A stretch of DNA of 49,989 bases, the filler included, from Jimgerdemannia flammicorona (taxonomy: Eukaryota): assembly GCA_003990765.1 (NCBI GenBank). It is 2 parts of 2 records of this genome, joined end to end, with 100 filler letters (N's around TTAATTAATTAA, not from the genome) between each part and the next. Parts side by side here need not be neighbours in the genome. Positions count along the whole stretch, not along the records: positions 1 to 24,946 come from RBNJ01000902.1; 1 more part is not named here. One strand, written 5' to 3'. Positions 12,043 to 24,946 of this stretch are shown here, piece after piece (the first letter of the stretch is position 1; every line of letters starts with the position of its first letter). The position numbers were made by a program, and so were the translations under genes. The notes beneath the pieces were generated by a model. The model worked only from the letters and a program-made list of their open reading frames with translations, searched no databases and was not told the DNA's origin.

Positions 12043-13535
12043 TATAAGAGGGTTGCTTTTTAGGGTAACCATTATGTAGTTCTGGAAGGGTTTTTTGGAG
12101 GTTCTGGATATTCTGGAAGACTGTTTTCTTATGGTTAAGATCAATTTCGTATGGAGTACATCCTCTATACTTATTGATTTCAAGATTGAATTGATGTCTC
12201 AACCAAAGTCCTTTTTTGGACTAGTTCTGGATGTTCAGAATTTTCCATATTTCAGGAAGTTCAAGAAACTAAGACTAGCTTAGTTAAATTGGCATATTGC
12301 TGCAGACAATACTCAATTAGGAAATTTCATGATGGGGTTAGGAGTGGGATCTAATGGGGAGCAGATTTACTTAAGAGTGATTTGTGGGTTATTAAATAGG
12401 TTTATTCACTATTTATGATATTGCTATACTAGAAGTAGTTGGGTAAAGAGATATTGTGAGAAGTGCTCAGAAGTTGTGTTTGAATTGTTCAGATCTGAGA
12501 TTCTGAGGTCTGGGAGAGGGGGTATTTATACTAGTGAGGGGCTATCTGGACTATGCTAGATATGGATGTAGCACTTAGTGCTTTGCTGAGTCGGAATATA
12601 GTCACATAGTACAAGTGTGATCTGATATGTCAAGAGATCGTCTGACTACTGAGTCAGTTCACAGTCATGTTATATAAGGCTAATCTAACTATACTATGAC
12701 TGCTAAGCTATTTATAGGTTTAGATGTTGTCTGGTTAGTCTTTGATGACATCACTATTGATGACATCATTACTGGTAAAGTCTGAGCAGTTTTCTAACTT
12801 CTGACATCATCAGTTTCAAGATGTCATCACTTCTATCTCTTGCAAGATTAAGGCTGTTCTTGGTGGCAGTGGTTGTACAAGAATAACAGGTCTTGGTTCT
12901 CTTTTTTTTTTGGTCTGCTGGCACATTTGCAAGGACTGGCCATTCTCATCTAGGGCAAGGGCTCTCAATGTCGCGGCTGGGGGTTCAAACCTCTCGGAAA
13001 TAATATTTTCTATAATCTGAGGCAATTTCTAGTAGTAATATTGGTCACATGGATGACTTGAGATTGGTTTCGACAATGTCGGCTTTCTTGAGTTCAGATG
13101 AAGCATCTGTCACTCTCTGACGGAGGTAACACAGATAGAGTGAACAGAGTTGTTCAAATGTGTTTTGCTTTTGCTAAGTAATGAGATCTTATATAGTTAC
13201 AGTGTATCTTGGTCTTGAGTTGATAAGTGTAGTTCATGAACCTTTTGGTAGATGAGATAGAGTTCTTCTTATCTCAATTTGAGTTTGGTACCTTCAGTTT
13301 CCTTTTATAATAGTATAGTATACCAAACTAGTTATAGCGATTCAGAGTCTGTCTTATGGTTGTAGTACTTCTTCTAGTATTCTTGTATCTTGGCGGTGGG
13401 TTCTGGTGCTTGCTGGCATATTTCATATAACCAGATGATCTCTTCAGTAACTTGTTTTGTAGTTTCGCATGTAGTTTCCAAATTAGTTCTGAGGATACCA
13501 TGTAATTTTAGTGGCTTGGAGGTTATGTACTTATA
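12043..13535 (-). repeat. Element A 5' LTR
   Basis: Same length as and colinear with 7157-8649. Followed on the minus strand by the PBS. Confidence 0.92.
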
Positions 13536-15342
13536 ATACTCTAGCTTATATCTATATTTATTAATATAGTATATAAACTAGAGAAGTTCTAGCTACTAAC
13601 CAGGACTTATAATCTATTGTGATAAACAAAAGAAGCAATTTATTCAAAAAAGTCTAAGTTGTATATTTTATACATTACTAATGAATAATGTAAAACTGAT
13701 GGAATGATATATAGTATAAAGTTATATACCTATATATATATTGAGTTGCTATCCTAATAATATTATTAGTAAAACTGTTCATTACCTTTATAAATTTTAG
13801 ATGAGATTTTTACATGAGATTTTACCTAAAATTATAGATGAAATTTTATTTGAAATTTTACATAAAATAAATAATTACTTAGTTTTATATTTAGTAGTAA
13901 AATTAGTATATAAATTTGTATAAGTAATAAAGTAAATAAATCTTAATCAGTTTGAGTTAATTTAAAAGAGTTCAATATCTTAATATATTTTTTTCCTCCT
14001 ACATACTTTAGGCTCAATTTGATTGAATAAGAAATTTAATATATTTATCAAACTTAATATCTACTATATTATATATATTATCTATTTGAATTATTATTTA
14101 AAAAAACTATAAATTTTATTTCTAAATAACTAAAAGCTATTAATATAACATTATAAGATTATTAAGTAAACATTCTTACTATATAACAATAATCTGTAAA
14201 TTAATCTTTTAGAATATTAATAAATAAATTTTATTATTAAACTTAAAGATAAACTCAAAAAGATTAAAAATAAATCTACAGAGTCTATTTTAATAAATAA
14301 CTACAATTTTCTTAACCAGTCTATAACTTGATTATTCTAATAGAAAACATAGTCTGAGTCTCTTAAAATTGATATCAGAGCTAAGTCTTAAAATTATTTC
14401 TATCTTTTGAGATCTTTTTGTTTTTGACTAAAAACTCTAATATAGATGAAGAGTTTATATTAAAATACTAAAGAAAAAATCAAAGTAAAGGTGAAGGTGA
14501 AGATAGAAGTACTAATATCTTATAAACTCAACATCATAAGCTCTTTATCCTAAGGAAACCCTAAATACATATATTCTGCTCTATCTATTCCTACATCAAA
14601 GTGTGCTAACTAAGATACTAAAAAGTTTAGATACTTTAAATATAAATAGCAACATATGCAAAGAGAAGGAAAAGTATTTTTATAGATAAAGGACGTGAGA
14701 GAAGTGAGTATAAATTCACATTTCTGTAGTGGGGCAAGAAAATACACAACCATAGTCAAGTCACTACCATAGCCAATCATATTCAGCCTACGTGCATGTC
14801 TATGTTCTGACCGATGACGTCATGGACAACCATAAATTGGACACCAAGAGCCGTTTTTTCTTTCAGCAACCCTCTCATGGTTGTTCCCATCCACATCCTC
14901 TGACCCTGGCATTATTAGGAAATGGTTGCTTTGAGCAAGGACGAAGCCTACTTCCTTCCTGTCGATGTTCACTAATAAAGCTGAGCCGCGACGTTGCCGA
15001 GTCTTAAAACATACCCTCGACACCTGCTCCACCTACGCAACTGGCATCCCCGATCCCCAAATCCCCACTTCCTCACCACCTTCGTCCCTTACCTCTTCCC
15101 GGTCCAATCTACCATGTTCCACGCCACCGCTAATCGGTTCAGAATACACTACTAGTATGCACGCCCTTATGAACGAGCGTATGGTGCGTGCAACGATAAT
15201 GTCGGTGTTGTGGGATTTGATGCACACATCGCTATTGACGGTGGTACATCTCTGTTGGATATCCTCTTCTTTCCTTCCCTATATATATACGACGGGGACT
15301 CGGCTGGCTTCCGATTACATCATACAACTGCATTGCCCGTTT

Positions 15343-18300
15343 TCAAAACAAGATATCCTCAAAATCCTTTGACAGCCGCCGATCGACCACAGCCGCCAGC
15401 TTCTTGCGAAAAGGGTTGAACCGCTTATCTAGGAGGGTCTTCTCTAACGTTCTCAGCACAATCGGATAGCTTGTTTGCTTTTTCAAGAGAACGATGAAGA
15501 ACGCATGGGCTCCTAACCTGGTAAAAGTCAACGCCCAATAACGCAGAAAAGTGTGAATAAAAGGTCCAGAGAAACGTAAAAGGGTTGAAACTCAAGCACA
15601 ACTTAAATAAACTGGGGAGGTTGAATGATGACGAACCATAACACCTCCAGCTCCTTAACATTGCATTCCAACTGAAATGATTTCGACATTGGTGATACGA
15701 CTCGATTTCTTAGCAGAGTGTAGCCGAAATTCAAGATATCAAAGACAGCACCTGCAAGCGTGGAGGCGTTTCAGTATCAGGATCGTCAAGTCATAAGCGG
15801 TTGTCAATGGACTTCATTCAGAGAGAAACGACAGAGCCTTACCCGTCAAGAACTTCTGGTCCTGGTGCGGCAAGCTCCGCGCATGGCAATGGAACTTCAT
15901 TGCGCAGAGCAAAAAATTTTGGTAGATGTTGCGCAGGACAGTAAAAATGGAGTTCAGGGCGGTATTGATGTAGATGGGATGACATTTAGGCTTGAGCATC
16001 CTTGGGGTACGATAAAATAATATTCCATATCGAGTGATGAGTTACGCGATTCGTCCTTTTTCGGGAGTGATGCGAATTATAAATAATAAAGCCTTAAGTC
16101 GAACGCACTGCATCATTTTGTGAACCAGCGCTTCACCGGGATGCCTTGAGTTTTCGGTCGTGATGGCGTCATTAACGTCTAAAAAGAAGCAATACAGAAC
16201 AAAGCCAAGGCAACAGACAAACGATAGAGCCATAGTTGTGAGGAATAGATGCTTGCAAAAATCACATCCGAAATTGAGTATCTGCATGACAAGGATACAA
16301 GCTCCACGATATCGCGAGTAATCAGCCTTGACATCGAGCGTTTTTGTATGCAAAAGCAGGCCGCACCAAGGAAAGTCTTGAAGTCATCATGACCGTGAAA
16401 ACATAACGTGAAGGTGTAAGATACGTGACGAAAAACCTAAAGGACCGGAAACGCTCAATTTGACTTACCCAGCGATTTTTCGAGTCTCGGAACACCGATC
16501 CCATCGATCGCGATATCGAAGTTCACCAAGCTTTTATCTTTGTTGATGAAGCAACCATAAGAGGGATGACCTGAAGCAGGAATGATAGAGCAAGTTCAGG
16601 GCGTCTGTATCTTGAATGAGGGATGAAAAAAACACAAGCGGCATTGAGGCAATACTACTGGCTATCATCACCTTTGTACATGGCCTTCAGAAAACGTGTA
16701 ACCAAATCCTTCGATAAGCTTACATACAGAAAATCGTCGACGAAGCGCAATAACATCTAGACGAAAGAAAATACCTTTCAATTCGCATGCTTAAAGCGAC
16801 GGGCATTGCACGTCTGACGCATTAATAAGTACCCCATTTGTATCCGAAGCAACAAAAGATAATTTCGTTTTTTCCAAATCTCCGTAGAAATAACTTGTGA
16901 GAATGGAAGGAGTCAACATCATGACTACGCCAAAGTCGCAACGATATTTGATGTGTGATGTCTAGCATTCTTACTTGCATAACAACGTCGATAGGCATGA
17001 CCCCTGCGGTAAACCAATAACTTGCTTGTAGTATTGCTCGCCAACCTAATTACAAGGTATGGAACGTCAGCAGGCTCCATGTTGAATGTCGATCTTGACT
17101 TAATTTCCTCGCCACATCAAGATTGAGCCTACTTTAACAAAGTTCATGCGTATATGCTCATCAAGCAATTCAAAGACGGCTTTGCGGTCCTCGTAAATAT
17201 AGACCACCTTTTAAGTTTGTTCAAAAGAAACCGGAGAAAATTAATTGCACGTTGCTCATGAAAACATAAAGTTGCCGAAAAATGAAGCAATAAGGCACCC
17301 GTACGTGGTCAACGAACACTGTTTGCCTTAACAATTGCGCCAGTTCATGGGCTAGTTCCGGAAATTCCCGAAACTTGGCTGATGATTGCAATATTGTGTT
17401 CGATGACAGAGCAGAATGCACAATGCCAAATATTATGCCCAAGGAACAATCCTTATAGGAACCGCTGTTTCATGCTTCTGTAATCACTCAAACTTCAATT
17501 ATTTGATAAGACCTACTTGTAGGATGAGCCTTCCGAATGTACGCCTTGCGTATCTTGCCAGAGGAAGGGAACATGATGGCATACCGCTGAAGCAAGTATT
17601 CATCCTAACACAAATAGCACATCGTAAAATTAGCGACAGAGCTTGTAAAAGCACCATAAGGAGACCGAATAGATATGTGGCCGATTAAGTTAGAGGAACT
17701 CTCTTACATTTTCCACCACGCTCTGCAAAATATCCAACAACTTGGCTTGATCAATAGAGTCGAAGCAGTGCGTTATATCAACCTTGGCGAAGTAGAGGGG
17801 TTCACTTTTGGAAGAGACATACATTGAAAGACGAATGTTCAACAGCGGTCGTTTCAATAAAACGCCTAAATTTCCTGCCGCCATTTTTACATACTTAGCT
17901 TTACTAGTGTTGTAAATGTGCTGCTTGAAAGTCTTGAATCTCTGATATATTTCATTCATTCCAAGCACCGACCCTCCTAAAGCCTCGGGGTGCTCGGACT
18001 TGAATTGGAAACCTGTTTCAATATCTATAAACCTCAAAGATTTCAAAGCAAGACAAAGACGGGGCTCCATTTACCTTTTCGAACGTAAGAATATGGAATG
18101 AATTCTGCAATATCATATTGATCGAACTTCCGACCCAGGGCGATGGTGTGGAAGATTTGTTGTTGAACTTGGAGGTATTCTAAATCGACGTTGTCAACAG
18201 CACCAATAACATCATCAGTTGATATAATAGCACCATTTGCATGTTACGTATATATCATCGAACATAAATTTCAGGTTCACACACCATTATCGTCTTTCGC

Positions 18301-21300
18301 CGGAGATTGATAATGGGCCGGACCCCAGTTTCTTTGGGCAGTAGCCGGATGTACGAATGGCCCAGTTTGCGCTGCGAGAGTATGCTAGAAACCTCTTCCT
18401 GAAAGCATGTAGGCAAAACAATGACATGAGATAGAATTGGCCAAAAAAAAAAAAAAAAAAAAAAATTGGAAAAAAAAAAAAAAAAAAAAAAACAGGCGAG
18501 ATGATGCGCCCGCGATAAAAGAATACTCAGATCCTCACAGAAGCCACTTCTTGAAAATTATCGGCCATTAGACGATCCAAAACTGGTTTAGAAATCTTGA
18601 CCCACAGATCATGTCTGAAATAGAAGATCCGATTGCGGTGCGGCGAGCTCTCGGTTACATAGAAATTTGTCTGAAATTATCATGTGTTAAACTGGTGTTA
18701 AGCGAGAAATATAAGCTAGTGCCACAACATTCAAACGAGAATCTGCTTCGCTACCTTGATAAGAGGAACCACAAAAGAGTCAAATAGCCAGTATATGAAT
18801 TCCATCAGCATCTCACGCCGTTTCTGTGCTTCTTCGGGCCGGACGTGCGCTTTCCGACTCGTTGGCGTCAACTTCACAGTTGCATCGGTATCAGGTTGTA
18901 CACGACTGTGGATGTCGGTGTATGATACATCCCGAGGTCTAAGCCAGAGGCAATCATTCACCTTCGATAACCAAAATAAAAGGTATGGAAGGTGGTGTTA
19001 GTATTCTACTCAATGAAATCCGACGCGTTGTAACGTAAATATCGAGGGGTTGGACAATAACTGTTACTAATATATAATAACAATTTAATAAAATAGGGAT
19101 TTCACACATGCAATTCAATCAAATCACCTTAAATCCTTGCAAAATCTCATGCAAAGAAATCGTTTCGAACTTTCTCATCCGCACAAACCGATCAACCGCT
19201 GGCGTTTATTGATAGGGCCAGACAAGAATCAAAGAAAAAGTTTTTTGTGGTGCCCGAGACCCGACGGCGATTTCAACATGCTGCACATCTGAAGAAGTCT
19301 TACCATTGAAGGTCAGCTTTCGATTGCTATCTGATCCCCAAAAATCTCGCGGGATGACAAGTTTCAATATCGCTTGAACGAACGACGATACCTAGTGGAC
19401 ATACATTATCAAAATTATAAGCATCATTTCTTGTGACAATGGTTGCATGCCTATCGTTCATTTTTTACCTGATGGTAGCTTGAGAACAGGGCAATAGGGT
19501 TTGGCGATATCTCATCATCAAGGGGCTCTAAAGCATTTCCTTGATCGGCTTCCGGTACTCTTCCATCAGTCTCGACGTGCTGTTTATTGGCAATATTTTC
19601 GACTTCCATTAAAATTTCAGCATCATTGCTATTAGTGCGATTTTGGTCGCCGTTCCATGATGCATCCGCCTGCTGCATTCCGTCAACCTGGGGTGGCGAC
19701 ACCATTATTGGCCGGGTTGATGACATTGGTGAGAGAATAAACCAAATAAAAAGAAGATATGGAGTCAGAAATGACAATCATTGAGCCTCCGTGAGTTTAA
19801 AATAGATAATGGACATAGGAATAATACTTTAGTATCAGAACGTGTAATACGCCAATTGTTCTCCACTGTATTGTTGCACCCCTATCGCAGTTATATGTTG
19901 CGATACTTCAATGTGGTATTCCACAACAACTTCTGAGATACAACATATTACAACATCCATGCATTCTTGTTGACGCTAAACAAACCTTGACAGGGCAGTA
20001 AAACATCAGCAGGTTTTTATATTGGCAACGAGAATGCAGCATCTGCATCCTTTGTACGAGCGGTTTGATGGCTCGCATGCGCCAATGGATTTTAATGGGG
20101 TTCTTTGACGCCTGGTAATGCGGGGGTATACAACATCCGTGGGTCATATAAATACACGAATGTAGCTGAACTACACCAAACGTCACATGTGTCCGCAACA
20201 AGGTCAAATACACATTGAACCCATGCGGTCCAAATCCCCTATCAGCCACATCAAACCAACCTGAATCTCCTGCGTCCTGAGAAGGAACTCCTTCGGCCTC
20301 ACAAAGCGACTGGAGGCCTCCGGCGACAAAGCGGCGGCACCAACGAACATATTCTCGAGCCCGAAATGACGTGGAAAGATGTACTTGAGGATGTGTTCAG
20401 CAGTTGCGTCCCTATTGGTGTCGCCGGAGGCAGCCGAGCCGGTGGCGGAGAGGATAATCGGATCGATGTCAGGGGAAGGGGTTACAGACGGTGGTTGTGG
20501 AGAGCGCGGGGTGGGAGATGTGCCTCTGTAACGGTTTAGGACGTCTGTGGAGAGTGTGAGCGTTTGGCAGTAATTTTGAATGCAAAACTATCTCGCGTTT
20601 CACGTATAAGCGAACAATGCGATTCTGAAAGCAGATTTTGATGAAAAGGATCGAAGCTGATACCCACGAATTTTAGGCAATCCGAAAAGAATCTCTCCGG
20701 CCATGTTGTAATTAGGTCGAGCGTAAAACATGCGCAAGCGAAAAATTTGAATCGTAGACGGAGGCTTTCCTTTTTCCGTTGTGTTAGCTCTGCTATCCTT
20801 ACATATATCCCACGTAAATGCAACCGTTAAGTCAACCGACTTGAACGAAAACGGCTCTGGAAAATGCAGCAAGCAGTACCGAAATGAGATCCTGAATTTT
20901 CTTACACGTTAGCTTTCTTTTTCTTTGCATTCCTCGCGCCTAATGCTCTATCGCTCTTAACCGCCTCTTCTATCGCGGTGTCGCTCTCACTCTTCTGTCT
21001 CTGGCTTCCACCACTGCTACTCTCGCTTTCGACACCACGATCGCTGTTTCCCACCGACCAAGACGTCTCCAAACTAGGCAAGATCTCGTTCGCCGTTACC
21101 AGTTTTACTTTCTTCTTCGGCCGCTCACCAGTCAACATCAAAACGTCGGTCGACGCTGCAACCTCAGATGGTGCCGCAATATCGCTCGTCTCCGATTGCG
21201 TGGTCTCCTCGTCTCCTCCCCGACGCTCCTCCGAAGAGCCAGCAGCACCGGCCGCAGGAGCCGTTTGCTTCTCCTTACGCTTTTTCCTTTTTCGGGATTT

Positions 21301-23247
21301 CAGCTTTTCGAACGGCACTTTGGAGGGCGGTCCCGGCGACTTGGGGGTCCCGGCTTTGCCATTCGCGTTCGTGGGCTTGACGCCCCATCCGACCGCGGTT
21401 TTCGCCCTCCTCTTCTTGGGTGGCCGGTCGATCCAGTTCAGAGCCTCGGCAGACGACAATGACTTCGTCTGCTCTTCCTCCTCTCGCTTATGCTTTCTCG
21501 ATACTTCCTCAATTTGCATTACGTTCCCCGGGCTTGTCTCGACGGACGACAACATCGTCATACACTCTTTCTCCTCTTGCTTGTGCTTTCTCAATACTTC
21601 ATCGACCTGCATATTTGTCTCAACGGATGACAACAGCGTCATATGCTCCTCTTGCTTGTACTTTCTCGATGCTTCATCGACCTGCATTGCATGTCCCAGG
21701 TTAATCTCGGCAGACAACAGCGTCATATGCTCATCTTGCTTAAACTTTCTCGATGCTTCGCCGACCTGCATCGCATCTCCTAGGTTTGTCTCGGCGGACG
21801 ACGACGGAACCGTCTGCTCCTCTTTCTTTTGTTTTTTGGGCGCCTCGACGGTCGATTTTGTATCTCCCGGACTCATCTTATCGGTTTCGTACTTCCCTGG
21901 CTCCGGAGGTGAGGCGTTAATGGTTTTCGATTTGCCCTTCCTTCGTGGCGCAGTAAGCTCGGACAAGATTGGCTGCTTAAACCGGCCTGTACGGATGCGG
22001 ACGGTCGAGTTTTGTGTGGCGGGTGGGAGCGGGAGCTCAGAGAGTTGAATGCCTATTTTCATTTTATTTATTTATTTATTTACCATTTAGGAGGTGGGAC
22101 AACGACCGGGGGGCAATGGGAGGAGTATCATTTCAAAATAAGAACACATTGTCGTTGGATTTACGTAGATCAAGTATGCACAACGAAATCTCATGAAAAA
22201 TCCACAGGGAAAGAAGATAAATGAATCCGAATTCTGTTTTGAGCGATTCTTACCCGTAAGTTGGCAGTAAGAGCCATTAGGTAACGCGAGAAAAATGAAT
22301 GTGTGCATGAGGATGTAAACCATGGCTGCGTCACCGATCCTATATGAAATGGCCAACGAGTAACGAAAATTTGTATTAAAAAAAAAAAAAAAAAAAAAAA
22401 ACCGCAAGAAGTGTGGATGAAGAAACTTGCAAGACTTCTCTTCACTTTCCTAATTTGTACATACCTCTCCAGCAGCGACGTCCAACATTGTGACTTGACC
22501 TGAGTGACAAGGGAATTTGGGAAAGGATTTTCGACGCCTTTGATACCCGAAGCGCCCGCGAGGCCGCCGTGGCCACCACCTTTTGTCATAGTTTGGAGAC
22601 GGAGCTGGATGACCAGGGTGGATTCAGTGGCCGGAATGATGAGATTGAATTATATATGTATATATATATACTCATAGTGAGGCAGATCCACCAGTCGGAA
22701 GGTTCAAAAACCGCCGTTGAGTTCTCAGCCGACTCGGAACAAAACAAAAATGCACTTTCAGCTCACCTTTTTATAACCGCGAGTCAACATGTGAGACGGC
22801 TTCCCGTTCTCCTTTTCAGAGATGCGAAATAGGGTTTCAATGACGCCATTGACAACCTGTACGATCAAAACAATCAACAAGCGTGCGAACGTTTATGATC
22901 AACATGGCATGGACCCATTATGACGTTACACACCCAGGTATCCCTGCATGTCGAACCATCCCATTATTTACACGCCCCGTCTTACCGACCTCGTTCTGCT
23001 TCCTCCCAACCTCTCCAGCGCTTCCCCGCGGGAACGCCCCCTTCGCAGCCCTCGATTCGCCGGTCGGGGACATCTCCCCAACGAGTGTCGTGTGAAGAAA
23101 TCCCTTGTAAGCCGGACAATCTGCGGTGCTGTCGACAATACGGGAGCTATCATCGAGCCTGCATACGAGGTAGTCATGCAGGGAGGTGAGGGTGTTTGGG
23201 AAGTAAGCGGAGAGGACAACGTGTTGGAGTGGGGGTAGGGGGGGCAT
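15343..23247 (-). CDS. TERT: Telomerase reverse transcriptase, ~1514 aa, 29 exons
   Basis: TEN domain (PSHMLTRGY; WTSLLERIGDAAMVYIL...QLTG). TRBD (RMFYARP..GLPKIHVLNR; YIFPRHFGL; IPRDFWGS; T-motif FIYWLFDSFVVPLIKTNFYVTES..RIFYFRHDLW). RT motifs 1/2 IRLLPKETGVRPIINL, A FAKVDITHCFDSI, B' GLPQGSCLS, C LLRFVDDFL, D GCFINKDK, E FPWCG, then CTE. Hand-called GT-AG exons: 22990-23247, 22767-22856, 22465-22604, 22254-22339, 20906-22052, 20668-20792 (or 20789), 20261-20544, 19986-20111, 19469-19687, 19304-19391, 19128-19198, 18755-18961, 18539-18670, 18285-18398, 18075-18179, 17895-17998, 17708-17804, 17517-17604, 17305-17378, 17133-17207, 16975-17045, 16833-16893, 16672-16756, 16469-16570, 16299-16376, 16109-16178, 15843-16000, 15637-15751, 15343-15517. 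These sum to 4545 nt, in frame. Confidence 0.97.
21445..21849 (-). repeat. In-frame tandem repeat (~5 units of 25-31 codons) in the TERT TEN-TRBD linker
   Basis: Consensus about RKxKQEEHMTLLSSxETNxGxxMQVDEAS, visible at both protein and DNA level. Confidence 0.9.
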
Positions 23248-23458
23248 TGTTTGTTCCTCAAGAAGAGGCGGTTATGCAAGTGATCGGCGGGCGATCAATT
23301 GGAATGGGGAATGGGGAGTGGGGAATGAGCATCAACCAAGCCACATTGGACATTCATTGGACGGACGGATGGTCACTGACGTCACTTGGTCGCCAAACGT
23401 GACGCTTCCTGTTGATGTCTGGGCTGTTTCCCGTCTGTCTGTTGTGCCAAACCTAATC
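23248..23458. promoter_or_regulatory. Putative bidirectional promoter between TERT and the 5-phosphatase gene
   Basis: 211 bp between divergent ATGs. CRE palindrome TGACGTCA at 23377-23384 and three ATTGG (CCAAT) boxes at ~23298, 23345 and 23356. Confidence 0.6.
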
Positions 23459-24929
23459 ATGCAGGAACACATTCTCGAAGCCTTGATTTCCCAGCTGCTC
23501 CGTCCCACAGAGAAGCCCATATATTGCGCATATGTGAACCGTCACGAAGAGAGTCCCCAGTCTGAGCCTAACATTTCACCCTCCATTGTGGCCATCATTA
23601 AAAGTGCACCGGCTGCCTCGAGAGCCGCTGAAGAGGCATGGTAAGTGACCCCTGAGCTGTGTGGAGTCGTGGCCTTGCAGCATCGGCCTTGCCGTTGCTC
23701 CTCCAGGATAGCATTGTATTTATCCGCTCTCCTCTCCTTTCGAACTTTTTTTAAAAAAAAAGCGTCTTTGTTTTACAGGAACGCAGCACACGCCTGACGC
23801 CAACAATCCACACATTGTTGCCGATATTCTCCGACTTTCAGCTGTCTATGGGTGGGCGTCAATCACATCCATGTCAATGCATCCTATCGCTACACTAGGT
23901 ACAGTGTCGATCGTCCCAAGTTGATAGATCATGTTCCCAATACAGCGCAAAAGCCAACCGAGCAATCACAAGGACTATCGAAATCGGGTATGTCATATAT
24001 AATCGAGAGAAAAACATTTACGAGGGCGATTTGGAAGTCGCTTGAAGGGAAGAGATCTGAAGAAGGAGGGATCTGGTCTCAGCTCTATGCAAAAATTGAC
24101 ATCCTCCCTGCGACATTGACAGAATTCGTGCTTAGCCTTACTTCCACCGCCCAAACCGTTCGTGTGGAGGTTGACAACATGGACGTGCTGCAGCGCCTGG
24201 TGAGCGAGTTGCGGAGGCTCATCGCCGTGGCGCGTAAGTTTATAGGACCTGTTCTGCTGTTTCATGTCTCATGCCCTACCGCTTGGCAGCCAGACATATT
24301 GCGTGGCACGATGTTGACCCGACATGCAACTTGATTGTGTTTTCCTTCGTGACGTAGGAGAAGAGGATTTTCGTTCGGGAGGGAACACGCACCGGTGGGT
24401 CCAGTTTTATGGCGTGTCCCGACGCCGTCGTTCGGTGCCTCACCCCGTGAGGCAGTATTCAATGCCGGTTGGGTCATTAGGTCGGTTGAGGAGCCTGAGC
24501 GACGCCGGTAAGATGGATCTGGAGGAAGGTCATTGCCCTCTTGACCTTTGCTGCCCGTTGCACAATGTTGCACTCCGTATGACCTCATCATCTAGTCATT
24601 GCCTCTAATCACGGCCCTCATTTCCACGCGCCTTTTAAACCATCCGTACCTGAAGACGAGAACACCTTGACCTCGGCCGCCTCCTCCCGTACCACCCTTT
24701 CGCGTTCCTCCACCACCTACTCCCTGTCTACTACGACCACCGACACGACCACGGCGAACCCATTCCTCACCATCGATCCGTTCGCTCCGTTGTTGGTTTC
24801 CGACAGTGCGCCGTGGTCGCCCACGGCGCTCGAGTCGCCGCGAGGGCCTAAATACGGCGTGAAAGAGCAGTGGATCGCGAAGCGGATGCGGGAGAGGGAA
24901 GGGGAGTTTGTACAGTGGGGGCATGTGCG
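23459..24929 (+). CDS. INPP5B/OCRL-like inositol polyphosphate 5-phosphatase, N-terminal exons only (truncated by gap)
   Basis: Six spliceable exons: MQEHILEALISQLLRPTE...EEACVFVLQ...IHTLLPIFSDFQLS...LVSELRRLI...THRWVQFY...VKEQWIAKRMREREGEFVQWGHVR. This resembles the INPP5B PH-like region and the segment preceding the 5-phosphatase domain. The catalytic domain is not in the window. Confidence 0.72.
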
Positions 24930-24946
24930 GTACGTTTTTTTTTTTT

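Larger units (their letters stand above)
7157..13535 (-). mobile_element. Element A: internally deleted, non-autonomous Ty3/gypsy LTR retrotransposon (gag-dUTPase-protease-chromodomain stub)
   Basis: Two 1493-bp LTRs (7157-8649, 12043-13535) and a 5-bp TSD ATACT (7152-7156, 13536-13540). PBS TGGTAGCAGCAG next to the 5' LTR, PPT AAGAAGGAGAGAG before the 3' LTR. The interior is colinear with element B 37337-40550, then jumps to ~43200. Confidence 0.93.

Noticed and set aside
14965..15372. 135-aa plus-strand ORF overlapping the TERT stop
   Set aside because: No recognisable domain and it overlaps the TERT 3' end, so it is likely spurious.
20978..22048. 356-aa plus-strand ORF antisense to TERT exon 5
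   Set aside because: It mirrors the Lys/Glu/Ser-rich TERT exon codon for codon and is bounded by it. There is no independent domain signal.
14690..24946. Telomerase RNA gene next to TERT
   Set aside because: No CTAACCCTAA-type 1.5-repeat template or recognisable TER motif was seen, and the host telomere repeat is unknown. It cannot be supported.
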